Shown: positions 1 to 13,751, counted from the stretch's first letter. The stretch is 64,000 bases of DNA from Stylophora pistillata (GCF_002571385.2 NW_019218057.1:354995-418994), one strand, 5' to 3'. Made by a program: numbers and translations. The notes: generated from the letters alone by a model not told the origin.

Positions 1-188
1 AGTTTGTGGTTTCTTGAGTATTTTTCCTTTACAATGGCAGATCTAGGTCAGGTTCAGAGTTCAGTTGCCCAAAACTGAAGTACCTCCAAAACAAAAAAAA
101 GAAAGAAAAAAGGTTGTCATCACCTTTGCGCTCAATTCTCGTTATCGGATCTTGTTAACTATTTACATCCCAACATTAATATACAAGT

Positions 189-376
189 TCCCTATACTAT
201 TCCCTGTGCATTCCCCATACTATCCCTGTGCATTCCCCATACTATTCCCTGTGCATTCCCCATACTATTCCCTGCGCATTCCCCATACTATTCCCTGCAC
301 ATTCCCCATACTATTCTCTGTGCATTCCCCATACTATTCCCTGTGCATTCCCCATACTATTCCCTGTGCATTCCCC
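189..376. repeat. 23-bp minisatellite, ~8 copies (CCCCATACTATTCCCTGTGCATT)
   Basis: Direct tandem repetition; accounts for the repetitive ORFs 65..418 and 228..452. Confidence 0.95.
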
Positions 377-842
377 TTTGCTACTCACATCAATAATTTA
401 TCTAACAATCAAGAGTGATCATTTCTTGTATTCTCATTACCATAATGTGTAATTCAGGGGTTATATTGTAAGGAGACACTAGATGCTGGTCTCTCTTACA
501 GGTTAAAGGGTTAAAGTGGAGTCTGATTTCCATCAACAGGTCCTAAGATAAACGTACCAGCTGCAGTCGGAATTGTGGAATGGCACAGCGGGCAGCAGAA
601 GTCAATTGTCTTTTCATGTAATGTTGCACGAGGTACTCCGAGGCTACAATTTAAGTGGTACATAAGATATAGGCAGTTTTTTTTACAAAGTGGGTGGTTA
701 TCCATTAACAATCCATTTTTCCACGGGTGTTTCAGTCAAACAGACAAGGCAAGAAGCAGCAGCCTAGAAACACCTGGGAAACAAGTATCTTCGTGTTTCA
801 GCATATGCGAGTACTATAAACCTTGCGAAATAGGCTGCTCCG

Positions 843-955
843 TGGAAAATGATTATGGAAAGGATGAAAAGGTGCTTTTTGAAGTTCGCAAAAAAAAGGA
901 AAATGGAAAATGATTATGTAAAGGATGATAAGGTGCTTTTTAAAGTTCGCAATAA
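843..955. repeat. ~62-bp tandem duplication
   Basis: GGAAAATGATTATG..AAGGATGA.AAGGTGCTTTTT.AAGTTCGCAA present twice. Confidence 0.85.
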
Positions 956-1349
956 ATCATAAGAATTTGTTTGCTTTCAAGTCTTCCTAGGCTTTACATC
1001 TTTACGCGTGGTGCTTACTAGGTAAGACTCTGGCATGCGTGCTTAGTGGTAAACAATTAAGCAGTTGAGTTGCTTGTACAGGGCTGCTTCTAAAAATTTT
1101 GTCCTACAAAAGCGTACGCGCCAACGGGCTGCGTGGCTCAACGAGCACCTGAATGTAGTTCAGTGGATCGAAGTTCTCGTTGCCCTCACAGTAGATCACT
1201 TAAACGCTTTTATTTCCTCTAGATAATCCTCTTTAAAGGCTAAAAGCCCGTGAACTTTCATCAATGAAACAGTTACTACCCATCAAATTTTCGTTACTCT
1301 CGTGAGCGCGCGAGATCACGCTTTTGTAGGAAAAACTTTAGTTAAACAC

Positions 1350-1500
1350 CAGGCTCCGGTTGTTCAAAGCGCAGATAGCGCTATCCAACGGATAAATCAC
1401 TATCCAGCGGATAAGTGTTACCAGAATGTACTGCGCTATCCACCGGATAGAGATTTATCCAGTGTATAGCGTTATCCATCCTTCGAACAACCGGGGCCTG
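1350..1500. mobile_element. Palindromic MITE
   Basis: TIRs CAGGCTCCGGTTGTTCAAAG / CTTCGAACAACCGGGGCCTG; internal GGATA/TATCC repeats. Confidence 0.85.
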
Positions 1501-2523
1501 TTTGACACGGAAGGAATTCATTACGCGATATACTCAAACTGTAGATCAGCTTTTGTTGGTTGGCTGAGTGTCATAAAATCTTGATGCTTTTGCATTATCA
1601 GTAACTAATCCTAGTTTTTAAACTTTTACAAATGTGGCTTTTTATTGCAGTGCTATTGTAATGTTCCGAAATTTTCCGAAAACTGAAAATGTATCTCGCT
1701 GATAAGCTTCAGTTTGTTACCTTCATTGATTCTTTAATCGATATCAAATGTGTTATACGTCACATGTGTATTTATCCATGTAAAGTGCGCTCTTTCAGCG
1801 ACACAAACTGCGTTTGTTACAAAACCATTCGTGTAGTCGGCATCCAAGACAAATCGCTGCACGTAGTTCTTTTATGGCTGCGATCTTTTCGAAAATTCCA
1901 ACCATCTCATTTTTGTGCGCTTGTGGGGGGGGGGGAGAGGGAGGACAAAATTCTGCCGTTAAATCAAAGATTTTCGTAAACTTCCACTGATCAAAGGACG
2001 CAGTTAGCTATGGGTGCGTTGAGGAGTGTTTTTTTTTTTTCCTCATTTGGAATGAAAACGAACAACTGAATGTGCAGTGGTTTATGGTTGTCGAAATCTG
2101 ATATGGCATTTACTTTCCTCGACTTAGCTTTCACATTGAATTCACTCTTTCTCTTAACCTTTTTTTTTTTTTTTTTGGTTTGAAGTGATTAGTGAAAACG
2201 ATTGACATAGAACTCAAACCTCGTTTGTTCGTCCAATGTGCTTACTACTAAGGCCGTGAAAGTGTCTACGACTAGCTAGTAAAGTAAAGTTTTTTAAGTA
2301 ATTTAACCTCACATTGAGGGTTTCATTGTAAAGCAGTATATGCTATTTCCTCGTCTATTTGTATTTACCACTTGTTTGTTGTCGAAATAATCAATGAAAT
2401 TTTCATCAAGGTTATTTACTTGTGCATGAGATCAGATTTTTCAAGATTGCTGTGTTAATTCTGAATGTATCTGAATAAAGACCATTTACTGACAGAAGTA
2501 TATCATTACTTGAAATTGTTCGA

Positions 2524-2732
2524 TCCTTTTCGGTGAAGTCAGTCGCGCGGGTCCAAAAAAATCAGGGGAAAAAAGCTGATGTTAGCGCGCCGCGGGAAGA
2601 GAGACGCCCAAAAAGCGTCTCGGCGTCTCTCCAAGAGTTCCCCGTGGCACTCAAACAGCAATTTCTTTCCACTGATTTTTTTTTGGTTCGCGCAACGGAC
2701 TTCGTCGAAAAGGAGGGACTGTTCGTACTCTA
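2524..2732. mobile_element. Hairpin MITE, left terminus truncated
   Basis: TCCTTTTTCGGTGAAGTCAGTCGCGCG..CCAAAAAAATCAG is the inverted match of CTGATTTTTTTTTGGTTCGCGCAACGGACTTCGTCGAAAAGGA; right end GGGACTGTTCGTACTCTA. Confidence 0.7.
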
Positions 2733-3045
2733 TTCATAGCCCCTCGAAAAGGGAGAAAAGTGCTGCACTGAGGGGTGGAAACCAACTACTCAGCTTTTTT
2801 TCTCTTTTTGTTTTACTTTTAAAGTTGGACCCCACTGGTCGTGAAATACTTTCAAAAGTAATCTCTCGTGATAGCAAGGTAAAATAGAAACTTTCTGATG
2901 ATAATTAGGACAATTTCTAAACATTTGACATTTTGTCCATAAATGATTTTCCAAATGAATACGATTGAACAACGACGGAGTATATTTGACAACCTTGCGG
3001 TGTCACGACAGATGCTATTACTACAGAGCGGGAGTTTAGATTGTG

Positions 3046-3335
3046 TATTAGTATAATTTTAGAGCTGAACAAAGAGTTTCCAGCAATCTGATTGGTCGAG
3101 CGGTTCCTTGCATGACGCTATATAAACCGCTCCACGCGGTTTATATAAAATGTTAAAATAAAATGTTAATAAATGTTACTAAAATGTTATGATTTTAGAA
3201 ATTTCTCTGTTGTTCAGCTCTGAAATTATACTTAAACAATTATTCGCCCCAGGTTCGGTGAATATTGTCGAATAATCCCCTCGACTTCGTTTCGGGGACG
3301 TTATTCACCTCGCCTTCGGCAATTAATAGTTAAAT
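3046..3335. mobile_element. Non-autonomous Helentron/HINE-like element, copy 1
   Basis: Near-identical to 34202-34500; asymmetric inverted repeat (TATAATTTTAGAGCTGAACAAAGAG / CTCTGTTGTTCAGCTCTGAAATTATA) plus a terminal hairpin. Class assignment is inference. Confidence 0.7.
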
Positions 3336-3723
3336 GTTATTCGGAAATTGTGCAGAGTCTGACTCATTCCCAGTCGACTCCAAATTCTGCACGGTGTTAA
3401 AGTGGGTGTGATAGGGGTGATGGGAAGGAGAAATTGAAGGAGACTCTATGGTAAGCAAAGCACTTACCAGGTTCATTTGTGACATTGCGTACTGCATGCC
3501 ACTACGATCAGCATTGACTTGGACGCTGTTTGAGAAATATATATCCTCTATAGATTTCTCCGAAACTCATTGGTGAGGGATCGTACCGCAGACTTCGAAG
3601 GGTCTGGGTTCGATTGCTCCTCAGGGACGCAAATGTTTTCTTTATTTAATGCTTGTGACAAAACAGCATCTTTCTTTATTGTTTGTTGGATGCTACAATG
3701 ATCGAACTCTCGATGGAATCTTA

Positions 3724-4821
3724 CTAGGATTTGACACAAATGGTAGAAGCAGTTTCTCCGCGCACATACGCAGTCATAACAACTTTGCCCTGTCCGTGCG
3801 ATGAGCCGACACGCCTATTAGCATGTCCAATCACACGAAATTTTTCATAAAAGAAGTAGTAAACCTGAAGGCTCATGTTCTTCAATGCCTGGTGGTAATT
3901 TGAACTAAATAAAAACAGAATGACAGGGTTGATTGCTGTACTAAAAGATGGAAACAGGTAGAAAAACAAAGCTAGAAAAACCAAGCACTTGTCTTTCGCG
4001 AAGAGGTCCCGATGAAACATTTTCAGCGACAGATAGATACAGAGTGGCGTCCAGCAGACAAAAAATGCTACAACAATCGATATCAATATTTTCGTGATCT
4101 TCTGCTGCTGTTTTTGTCTCTTGCTGTTCATCTGGTCTTGTGTCTTATCTGCTGCATTTGGACGATTCCTAACAGTTTTTACCACGCGAACATAAAGGAT
4201 TGTCATTACAAAAAGCGGTGCGCAATAAAATATGACAAAACCTATAAAGTTAAAGACAACTTTCAGCAATCTGCTCCAAACAGTTCTGCAGAAAGTTTTA
4301 TCGTCAACTTTGACAACTTCCGTATAAAACACGTATGGAGAACCACAGACTATCGGTATAATCCATGTAAGAACCAAGAAAGTAAGGCGCAGTCCTCTAC
4401 GATCCAACATTACGATCTTCAATGGGAACACAATAGCCACATATCTGTCCACAGAGATAAGAACCAAGCTCAACACAGATACCACTTGTGATATTCCTCT
4501 GAAGTACATTCCCAGTTTGCAAACAACTGAAGCCAAATGATCACTGATAAACTGCCGACTCGTCAACATTCCTTCAGCTGCGAACAGCGGCCAATTAAAG
4601 CATGCGCAAAAAAGGTCGGACACTGCCATGTTGACTATGTAGTAATTAGTACTGGTTTTAAGGTTTGGGGTTTTGATGAAGGATACTATAACAACAAAGT
4701 TTCCGATAAAGGCCGCCAGTGTTACAATGGATAGAAGTACTGTAAATAACGTGGTGACCGCATCAGAGCAAGACGGATCCTGATCTAAAATGTTCGTCGG
4801 TTGAACAGAAGAATTGATCAT
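3724..4821 (-). CDS. Class A (rhodopsin-like) GPCR, neuropeptide receptor-like, single coding exon, 365 aa
   Basis: 7 hydrophobic segments; GN (TM1), MAVSD (TM2), TM3 Cys, DRY, TM4 W, CWTP, NPVIL. Confidence 0.93.
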   Translation of the reverse strand: MINSSVQPTNILDQDPSCSDAVTTLFTVLLSIVTLAAFIGNFVVIVSFIKTPNLKTSTNYYIVNMAVSDLFCACFNWPLFAAEGMLTSRQFISDHLASVVCKLGMYFRGISQVVSVLSLVLISVDRYVAIVFPLKIVMLDRRGLRLTFLVLTWIIPIVCGSPYVFYTEVVKVDDKTFCRTVWSRLLKVVFNFIGFVIFYCAPLFVMTILYVRVVKTVRNRPNAADKTQDQMNSKRQKQQQKITKILISIVVAFFVCWTPLCIYLSLKMFHRDLFAKDKCLVFLALFFYLFPSFSTAINPVILFLFSSNYHQALKNMSLQVYYFFYEKFRVIGHANRRVGSSHGQGKVVMTAYVRGETASTICVKS

Positions 4822-7800
4822 TGTTCAGACCAAACTCGATTTGAGGACAGAAAAATATTTTGAATCTTGTTCTCCGTTGCTTAATGTTAATCAGCTAATC
4901 CAGAGGCACGATGCTTGGCTGAATGATTGCTGGTGGCAAATATGAAAACAAAACAGTGATTAGTTTATTGACCATCGATGAAGAACATTTTTGACTATGA
5001 GTTAAAAGTAATCCTGGACTTTTTTTAGTTCTTAATAGCTCCGTGTATTTCTTTAGTTTTAGGACACTCCTAGGCGAGAACTCTTCCCTCGCCGTGCTCT
5101 AGAGTAAATAACAACTACCAGATAACGGACGTGCACTATGCTTTCACTGTGAACATCAATCAGGAAACGCGCTTCCCAGCGTGCTTTCATTACTTTGCGT
5201 GAGTCTGGCTGTCTTGTGGTACTTTGGGCAGCGGAGTCTCCAACTGGCGCGGGCTGCCGTGTCGCACGCAATTTTTGAACTTTTTCCCTCCAAGATCTAT
5301 TAAGACATTCTCCTTGGAGCGTCAAACGCTTTGTTAGAGATTAGGTATGAGAAGTCCCGACAAGATCGATTCAATATCTCCATCCTATAATTTCCTCAGT
5401 TAATTGTCGTAATCTATTTACTTGACTGCAGTTAGACCGTTTGAAAGGAGAAGTTGCATACAGATCGCTTCTGCCAAGTGAAAGGATCTATGAACTTTAA
5501 TTTGGGTGCGTCCGAACTATAGAACATTTTAAATCTACGCACAGTTATTTTGTTTGTGCAAAACAATTGCGAAGGAGTATCGTTAAGCGCTTGCTGTTAC
5601 CTAACTTTCATCCCGAACGGCAGAAGTTTCGCTCTAGTTATCAACGTCAGCAAAATAAAGACAAATAAACTAGTGGAAACTTCCTGCGGCTTAAGTCACG
5701 AAAACGAACGTGTCCAGTCAGTCACCATAGAGACCTGGTCTTCTCTACAGTCAGCTCAAACATCATTTATTGAATTAAGCGTCGAGTGAAACTTTGTTTG
5801 CGTAAATTTCTGCCTTTCTGTAAATCGAAGTTTTTCTTTTTACGAGGCAGTGTTTTCTTGCTGCTAGGCTTACAAACGCAAAGTAGCGAAACTATGCGTC
5901 TCCCAGATGATGTATCATAAATCACAAAAGACCTCAAATAATTTGTGAATTTGTTATAATAGAATGAAACAGTCAAATAACCAGTCAACCATTGCAATAT
6001 TCTCAGGTAGCACTTTAGTTTTCATGTCTCTGTAATATTTTTGCCAGGCTGAAATCCTTTTCTAACCACTTTTGACAATAGACATGGACTGCACTCCGCG
6101 TTTTCATTCTCCTAAACCATTAACTTGAAAAAAGATTGTTTTAAAATTCTCTGACTAATTTCAAGGGTCGATCATCTAGAAATTTATTGAGGTTTATGCA
6201 TATTTGATAAATTCACATCAAAGCTTTTACCGATGAAACCACAGGCATTGATTTCACCCGGGCTCCAACGCACTCAGCATTGCGTTTTCATTGCTTTATA
6301 CCAACTAGTCGCTTTCCATCTGTGCATAGGTCTATTTGTTCCGTTTGATTCATTTTTGACCACGTTTTAACAAAAAACCGAAGCCTTTGAACGTTACATG
6401 TGCAGTCGTAAAACGTTCAAAATAAATACAACCAGCACAGTCAGACCTTCAGACAAGTTGAGTCGATTTCGTAGATCAACTACTTTCGAGTATTGTAATG
6501 AACTTAAAATTTATAGAGAAACGTAAATTTTACCCCTTTAAGCGGGGAAAGCTGCCATCAATCTCGTTCAATGCACTGTTTAGGTTTGTTCGAGTTTTTG
6601 TTTTCGGATTTGAAAGGCCCATTGATGACGAGGCAACAAACTGAAAATTGTTACAGACCTTTGAAGCATCTCGTGCCGTGTAAGCAAAACCCTCTTTTAA
6701 TTTTATGCGAACTACTCCATTCACACTCGGTAAATTCTTGAGTAAATTGTAACATTAATATTTTAAAACACATGAGTTCTTGAGCAATTAAACTGGCACT
6801 GAACTATAGGACCAAGCTGTTTAGTCATTATTACAAGCTTATTACAGAACCATTTTCAAATTGATAAAATTCTTAGATTTTGGCGAACTGTGTGTTTCTT
6901 TAACCACATCACGTTTTGGTTAATTCGAAGTTTTCAAAAATTTCTTGTCAACTTCAACAGACGTTTTTGTAATGAAATTTCTCAGCGGGCGCCAAACGAT
7001 CAAACACAACGTTTTTGGGTAAATTAAGTCCTTCTGAAATTGTTCATCGCAGAATTTTTCAAGAGATGCGAAATCTCTGGCAATCAAGTGAAAGAACATT
7101 TTAGCGAATTCTTACCTTTTAAACTCCGTGAATTGAGAGGTGAAGATTTTTCTGGTGTTCTCAGTCAGTGTGTATCTTCGTAAACACTTAATGCATGGTA
7201 GATTATTTAATGATTGGTGGGTCTCTGTTATGTTATTACCCCCCGCCGTTCGCCTCAGGAAAGAGTAACACTTGTAGCTTGAAAAACAAGTGCTGTACTA
7301 CAATTTGGCTGGATGAGAATACAATGGCTCTTTTTAAAGGTAATGCCTAATTGAACAAATTGTATAGGTTATTCGTCATATCTGACATTTTGTTATTGAA
7401 TGTGGAAAGGTGCTTTGAAGCATAACACCTCCTTCAAAATTGGCTCTGTGAATGAAAACAATACATTCCTCTTTTAAAAATGCTATCGCGTGACTAAAGC
7501 CGCTGCAGATCTAAATAGAGATTTACTGTTTCATGATAATTTTATCCTTTTTTAGACAGTTCTGTTTATTTACCATAGAGAATGGAAAATTGAATTTTGA
7601 TTAAGTTTGCTCGCAACAAAGGCAAGAAAATTCATGCAGATTTGATGAAAATGATTTTTAGATTTTCTTTCTTTGAAAGCGCCACTTGAAATCAAACCAT
7701 TGTCTTTTTTCTCCAACATGAAATTGACAAGAACGCAAAATATCAAAATGCGGTATAAATAAAGAAAATATAGTTGTAGAATTACTGTTTGCTTTACTAT

Positions 7801-10800
7801 TTTTTTTTATTTACACTTTGCACAAAATCATATTTTGTCCAAAAAATTGTAAAATTGCGTTTTGCGTTCTCTTACGTGCTTCATCAAGTACATATTGCAT
7901 ACCAAGGTTTAACCCGATTTATTGTTTTTACTTTAGAAACTGATGTCTGAGCTGATTTTCAGGTTCAGGCAAATCTTAAACCAAAAACTTTTTACAATGG
8001 ATCTAAAGCCAGTAAACCGAGAACAACAGATGGTGTGGAATAAATAAAACAAGGTGTACTTCAAATTCATTCGAGTCTTTCTTTGCCAAGAAAAAATGAC
8101 AGTTGAAGATAATCTAAAAGAACTTGGTGCTAGTTACAACTGTTCTGCCCCCTCCCCCTCAGTAAATACAACAGTATCGCCTAAGCCGCGAAAAGGCCTC
8201 GAGGTGTGGCAAGGGAATTTGATATTGATTAATTGTTTTTCTCACAGAGTTATTTTATGATAAAAATTACCTTCGTATTCGGTATTCCTAAAACTCCAAA
8301 GTAACATCAAATTTGCATACATCTTGGGTTGTGAAACGCTGAGCTGATTGAGTAATCCACACTAAAATAAACAAGAACAAAGTGAATTTCACGAAATTCA
8401 AAGTGCTTTTCCAGCATTTTCAGATCTTTTCGTTGCAGATTTCGGATAAAAATTGTTGTAAAAAAGAGAGGCTTTCAATTACAGTTCCTTCGGTTAATCC
8501 AACTCCAACAGGGGTAGTTACCCTACAACACGCTGCCTCCACACAAATCCTGTCGTTTAACCATTTTCAGTTGAGTTTGCTTTAGGGCGCGGAGAGTTGT
8601 TGCTCTCGAGGAAACTACTAAGACCATTCGTTCTCAGGGAAGGTTTCTTTTTCATCACTGTGAGTCAATAATGAAACAACTCAACTGGAAGATCTTGTGG
8701 GGCATAAATTGACATCGATCTCCTTAATTTTTAATTTCCGATATGGGCAAGGCGTTCTTGAGGTAATTAATTGTGAGACTCAGCTAGGATCGATCAGTAA
8801 AACCTAATGAACTTTCCCAGGGTCTCAGACCAAAATGTTCATATGAGCTCTATACTTGCCTGGTAGATCTCATGATGATTGACGATATGAAATTGAGAGA
8901 AGTGAAATTCGTAGGATAAAGCCTGGGTGTTTAGAAGAGAGAGGACAAGAGAAAAAGGAATTATATTTTTTATTTATCTGAAGCCGCCAGGTGTGATCTT
9001 ATTGAGACAGTAAGCTTGACAAGGAGATATATGTAATTAGCTCAGATTGTTACTCACACAAACATAACAGCCGCTTGGTATTAGCAAAAAGTTATTCAGT
9101 TATTCTTTTAATTCAAAAGTTTATAGCGTCATTAATATTGTTGTACTCAGATGTGATTTTTGTTCTTGGCGCATGCTACCGATATGGTAGTTTTTTTTTA
9201 AGGCGCTCTCGTCAGATTTTACTTGCGTCTTCGAGGAAAATGTCAAATATCACAGGTGTGCAAGAAAATTGTGAAACAAAATACTCTTTATTTGTTTTGG
9301 CATAATCAAAGTGTTCAAAACAGTGATCTGAGGCAGAATTAATTTGAAGCGTAGACGCGTAATGGGAGAAAATTGTAGAAAAACAGCTTTCTGGAACGCC
9401 GACCAAGAGAAAACAGCTTTACTGCGAGCGAAAATGTCTTCTTGTAAGTAGCTCCGAAAGGGAACAAGCCAACGATATCTACACAAAAACTTTACTTTAT
9501 ACTTTTTTCATTCTTCTCAATATTTTGTGTAATTAAGCAGCAAAATTAATGTTATTAGCCAGTGAGGTTAATCTACATAGCCCCGGGAGAAAAATTTAGG
9601 AAAAAAAAATTTTTTTGATGATTAACAACCGTTTGACACATGACTCAAAAGCAACTTCAGGCGTGCGACATTTTGACGTTAAAACCCCTATAAAAAACTC
9701 AACCTGCACGACGTCGCTGTGAAAAGTGTAAAAAAGGAAATTGTGCGCAGTAAAAGATGCTAATCATAGTTATTCTAATGTCATCCTTCGTCAATTTTTG
9801 GACGATACCAAAAATATTGCGCTTTTTGAAATGTTACGTTATAGTAAAAGATTGCAGTTTACCTATCTGGTCCATTTGTACCTCTGGGATTACAACGCCC
9901 GCACTGTAAGGATTCAAACATAAGTGCTAATTAGGATAGGATGGACGTGTAATAAGAATAAACCTTTTTACGAGTTGATGAGAAGATATGTTAGAATTCT
10001 TGATCCAGCCATATATTTCACCCTGCGTTCGTTCGCCGGTTCTCCATGAAAGTCTAGTCATAAGGCTAGCTAGTTAGTGTTTCTGTGCTAACTTGGTGGT
10101 ACCATTATCATCAAAAATGTAAGTCCTGTTATCGTTCTTAAACTGTGGAATTTAGCATTTTCAGATCTCAGTTCGTCTTAGAAGCCTTTACTTGGAGTTA
10201 TCCCGCACCAAAATTCTGCATCAAATCCTAGTCACATCCTAACAGGAGCAAATTTGAGTCAAAACCAATAGATGATCTCTTGGTCAAAACAAGATGTAAG
10301 ACGTTCCATAGAGACACTCTGGACATTTTTAAACAATAAACTACGAGTTTATCGAAGTATTTTTGGAGCTGGAGTTGTTGAGTTGTAATCGTTAATGATC
10401 CTTGCTTGTTGAACTAGTTAGTTCGTAGCTTACAATTTGCTCTTGCGGCTTCTGAAAGTGAAGAAAATGAAGTTCGTTCAGGTGCAAGTCTGTCTTCTTG
10501 CATTTGAACTTACCATGATTTCTGCCAGAAGAGGAAAAGACAGAGGGGGCTAGAAAGACAGAGAGGAGCCTGAGAACGAAAGAAAACCACCTGAGCCATT
10601 AGCGAGACTTTGCACTCCTGCAAGCTATGGCTTAACATTTGTTAATGGCTCACCAGTTCAAGTTTGACGCCCATGCACGTGCAAAGAAAAGTTTTTAGAA
10701 ACATGGCTTGTGTCCATTTTATCCTTTCAGTAAACCTTCTTTCGTGACCAGGGAATTTAAGTTAGTAGGCAAATAATGGTGATTTTTAAAGAAATTGATG

Positions 10801-10840
10801 TCATTCTACACCTCGCCTACCCTGCGTATAAAGGCTGATA

Positions 10841-10983
10841 GTTTCTAAAGAAACTGTTTGGGGCTGCGTCGGTGGGGGTAACGAAATAATTTGGATATAT
10901 CGACAAAGTTGAAATGGTAAATTGGCCACCGTAACTATTACAAAAGCTGACGTTTCGAGCGTTAGCCCTTCGTCGGAGCGAAT
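10841..10983 (-). mobile_element. Penelope-like element terminal fragment with a degenerate minimal hammerhead motif
   Basis: Homologous to 35707-35760 plus 36010-36126; minus strand reads GCT-CCGACGA-A-GGGCTAACGCTC-GAAAC-GTC-AGC (core CUGA changed to CCGA). Confidence 0.65.
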
Positions 10984-12785
10984 AGTGGAATCAGTTGTGG
11001 GTTGTGTGTGCTTTTAAAGGCAGAAAATGGAGCTACGTTATTGGTGGGAACGTGGCAACGAGAAAAACACGAATAAATTAGTGGAATGAGAAGCGTTCGT
11101 TGATACCTGTGGGATTTGTTTTTTTGCTTACACCTGCAGTGTTTGGTTTTCCCTCCCCTGCCCTTATCCATTTTTGTCATCTTTTATCTCCAATCTTCCT
11201 GGCGTAGCAATAATTTTTATCTAACCACCTTCCTTTTATTCAATGTTATGACTCGGAAATCAAATTATAGTGAAGACTGGGTATAAAATCGAGGATATGG
11301 CAAAATAAAACTTCTCCACATGATCTTAAAACTTCCTGTTTGAAGAGATGACTTCCTCAATTGAAACAATTCCCTGTGATTCGGCTAGATACCATAAACC
11401 GTGTTGGTTCGATTCTAGGAACGATGCTGAAACCAGTTTAAAATGTCCTTTTAAAGCTTTCACGCTTGCAATTTTAGTTCTCAGAACGACAGACAAAGGT
11501 GTACGTGATCAAAATGTTATGCTGTAATATGTATATACGTGCGAAATTTCGATGGCCGATTAAGAAGATTAAAATTGACAAACAGTAAAATTGCATTTGC
11601 TCCTGTTGTGTTGTTTCAGCTTTTGGAAGAGCTACAAAAATGGTCTTTTCATTTTTTTTTACATTGAGTTTCTATACGTGTATTTGTTCAAAACTTGAAA
11701 AACTATAGCTGGGTTTATCAGAATGACAGGTTTAGTGACAAGTGAGTTTACATAATAGGCAACCATTGGTTTACTTTGATTGCGTTCAGATGACCTACTT
11801 TTTCGTTAAATAACAAAAACCTTTTCCTGGTATTTGCACAATCAAGGCTAAAATATTATTAAACTTGTAAATTTTCTGAACCTATAATTGGTTTTTCAAT
11901 CCTAAAGCAATTATATAAGAAAAATGTAAACAATTAGGTAAAAAAAACAACACCGCTCTTCTCAACGATTTGAAAGTAGATAACTGGTAGGATAATGTAG
12001 ATAAAGGAAGAATGCTATCAATCAGTTTGTGTGGCACTGTTAGAAAAGAAGAATGTAATATGATAATAAAAAGGGAAATATCGCTGCAGTAATCACATAA
12101 ATGCATCGGGGAAACGTGCGGACTCACGAAAGGGTGTTGAGTCACTTCGCGGCGAAATCTCTCGGCTAATTATGAGATGAACGGACGATTGCAGCTTTGG
12201 CTGAGAGTGAGAGGTTTGTGTTTCAGTTTTATAATATACTTAGAGCAGTACACAACGAGAAAAAGAGTTAAAATATCTAACAAGCACTAATGACGGTAAC
12301 TATGTCTTATTTAAACGAGCTCCGAGAGCTAGCCTGCACAAGAAAAAAATATCGACATTGTAACTTTTGTGACACGGAGACGTTTTATTCTTCCTAGATT
12401 TTGGACTTCGATTTATCCGAAGTTGATTATTTTCTTGATTGCTTTATCATCTTTCTAAGCCATCGGTTTTTCAGGCAGCATGTAACTTGGCCTTTCGTAT
12501 GATCAGACAACCTAATTGTCTTGACTTTAGTTATAGTTTGATCATCACCTCGTCACCTTACAGTTCTGGTACTATCTGGTACTGGCTTTTATAAGCCATC
12601 GTATCATCTAGGAGCCAGACGAAGGAAAGCTACTTTTGTTACCTTTTTTTCTAATAAACAACACCTTTTTTTCTAATAAACAACACCTTTTTTCCTTTTG
12701 TCATTCATACTATTGGGTACCTCTTCCTTATAGTTCCCACAGAAAAAAAGGAAAGTATCGTCACAGCTGTGGGCCAGACGTAAGA

Positions 12786-13751
12786 ATGAATAATTCTAGT
12801 TTTGCAACGCCTACTCTTTACAGTCCAAGCCTGCCCTGTTCTAACGTGGTGTCCACGCTATTTACAGTGATTATATCCACTGTCACATTCGCGGCTCTGA
12901 TTGGCAATGTTCTTGTCATTGCAAGTTTTCTCATAACTCCTAACTTAAGGACAAGCACTAATTATTACATAATCAACATGGCCATTTCTGACCTCCTTTG
13001 CGCATGCTTCAATTGGCCACTATATGCAGTTGAAGGAATGCTGACAAGAGCCGAGTTCTTCAACCAACGTTCGGCCTTAATTCTCTGTAAACTGGGAATT
13101 TGCTTCAGGGAAATTTCACAAGTGGTGTCCGTGTTATGCTTGGTTCTAACATCCGCAGACAGATATGCTGCTATCGTCCACCCTATGAGGCCAACGGTAA
13201 TGAGAAATGGCAAAGTTAGAGTTATTTTATTGTTGCTTACTTGGATTATACCTTTTGGCTTTGCTTACCCGTATTACATGTTCACTGAAGTTGTAAAAGT
13301 AAACAACCAAACTTTCTGTAGAGTAATTTGGAATATATCAACACACACAGTTTTTAATGCTGTTGGATTTGTTATATTCTATTGTATACCTCTTAGTGTC
13401 TTAATTATTCTACATACTCGCATCACAAAGACACTTAAAAATCGCCCAGATATAGAAAACACAGTCCAAGAACAGCAAATCAGAAGAAGAAGAGAGCAGC
13501 ATCAGAAAATTATGAAAATCTTGACATCGATTGTTGCCGGCTTCTTTATTTGTTGGACACCCCTTTGCGTTTATTTGGCATTGAAAATGTTTTATCCAGG
13601 GTTGTTTCTTCAAGATAGATGCTTCTTACTGTTGGGTTTGTTTTTCTACGTGTTTCCCTCACTCAGCACAGCAATCAATCCTTTTATTCTTTTCCAGTTT
13701 AGTTCAAAATTTCGACTGGCGATGAAAAAAATTTCGTTTTCCTTTTGTTGA
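12786..13751 (+). CDS. Class A GPCR, neuropeptide receptor-like, ~321 aa (probable start MNNSS at 12786)
   Basis: 7TM; DRY, CWTP, NPFIL; start chosen by alignment with the paralog ATG at 20468. Confidence 0.9.
   Translation: MNNSSFATPTLYSPSLPCSNVVSTLFTVIISTVTFAALIGNVLVIASFLITPNLRTSTNYYIINMAISDLLCACFNWPLYAVEGMLTRAEFFNQRSALILCKLGICFREISQVVSVLCLVLTSADRYAAIVHPMRPTVMRNGKVRVILLLLTWIIPFGFAYPYYMFTEVVKVNNQTFCRVIWNISTHTVFNAVGFVIFYCIPLSVLIILHTRITKTLKNRPDIENTVQEQQIRRRREQHQKIMKILTSIVAGFFICWTPLCVYLALKMFYPGLFLQDRCFLLLGLFFYVFPSLSTAINPFILFQFSSKFRLAMKKISFSFC

Noticed and set aside
12636-12785. N-terminal extension of the GPCR ORF
   Set aside because: Non-ATG start, contains a local duplication, and is not conserved as an open frame in the paralog
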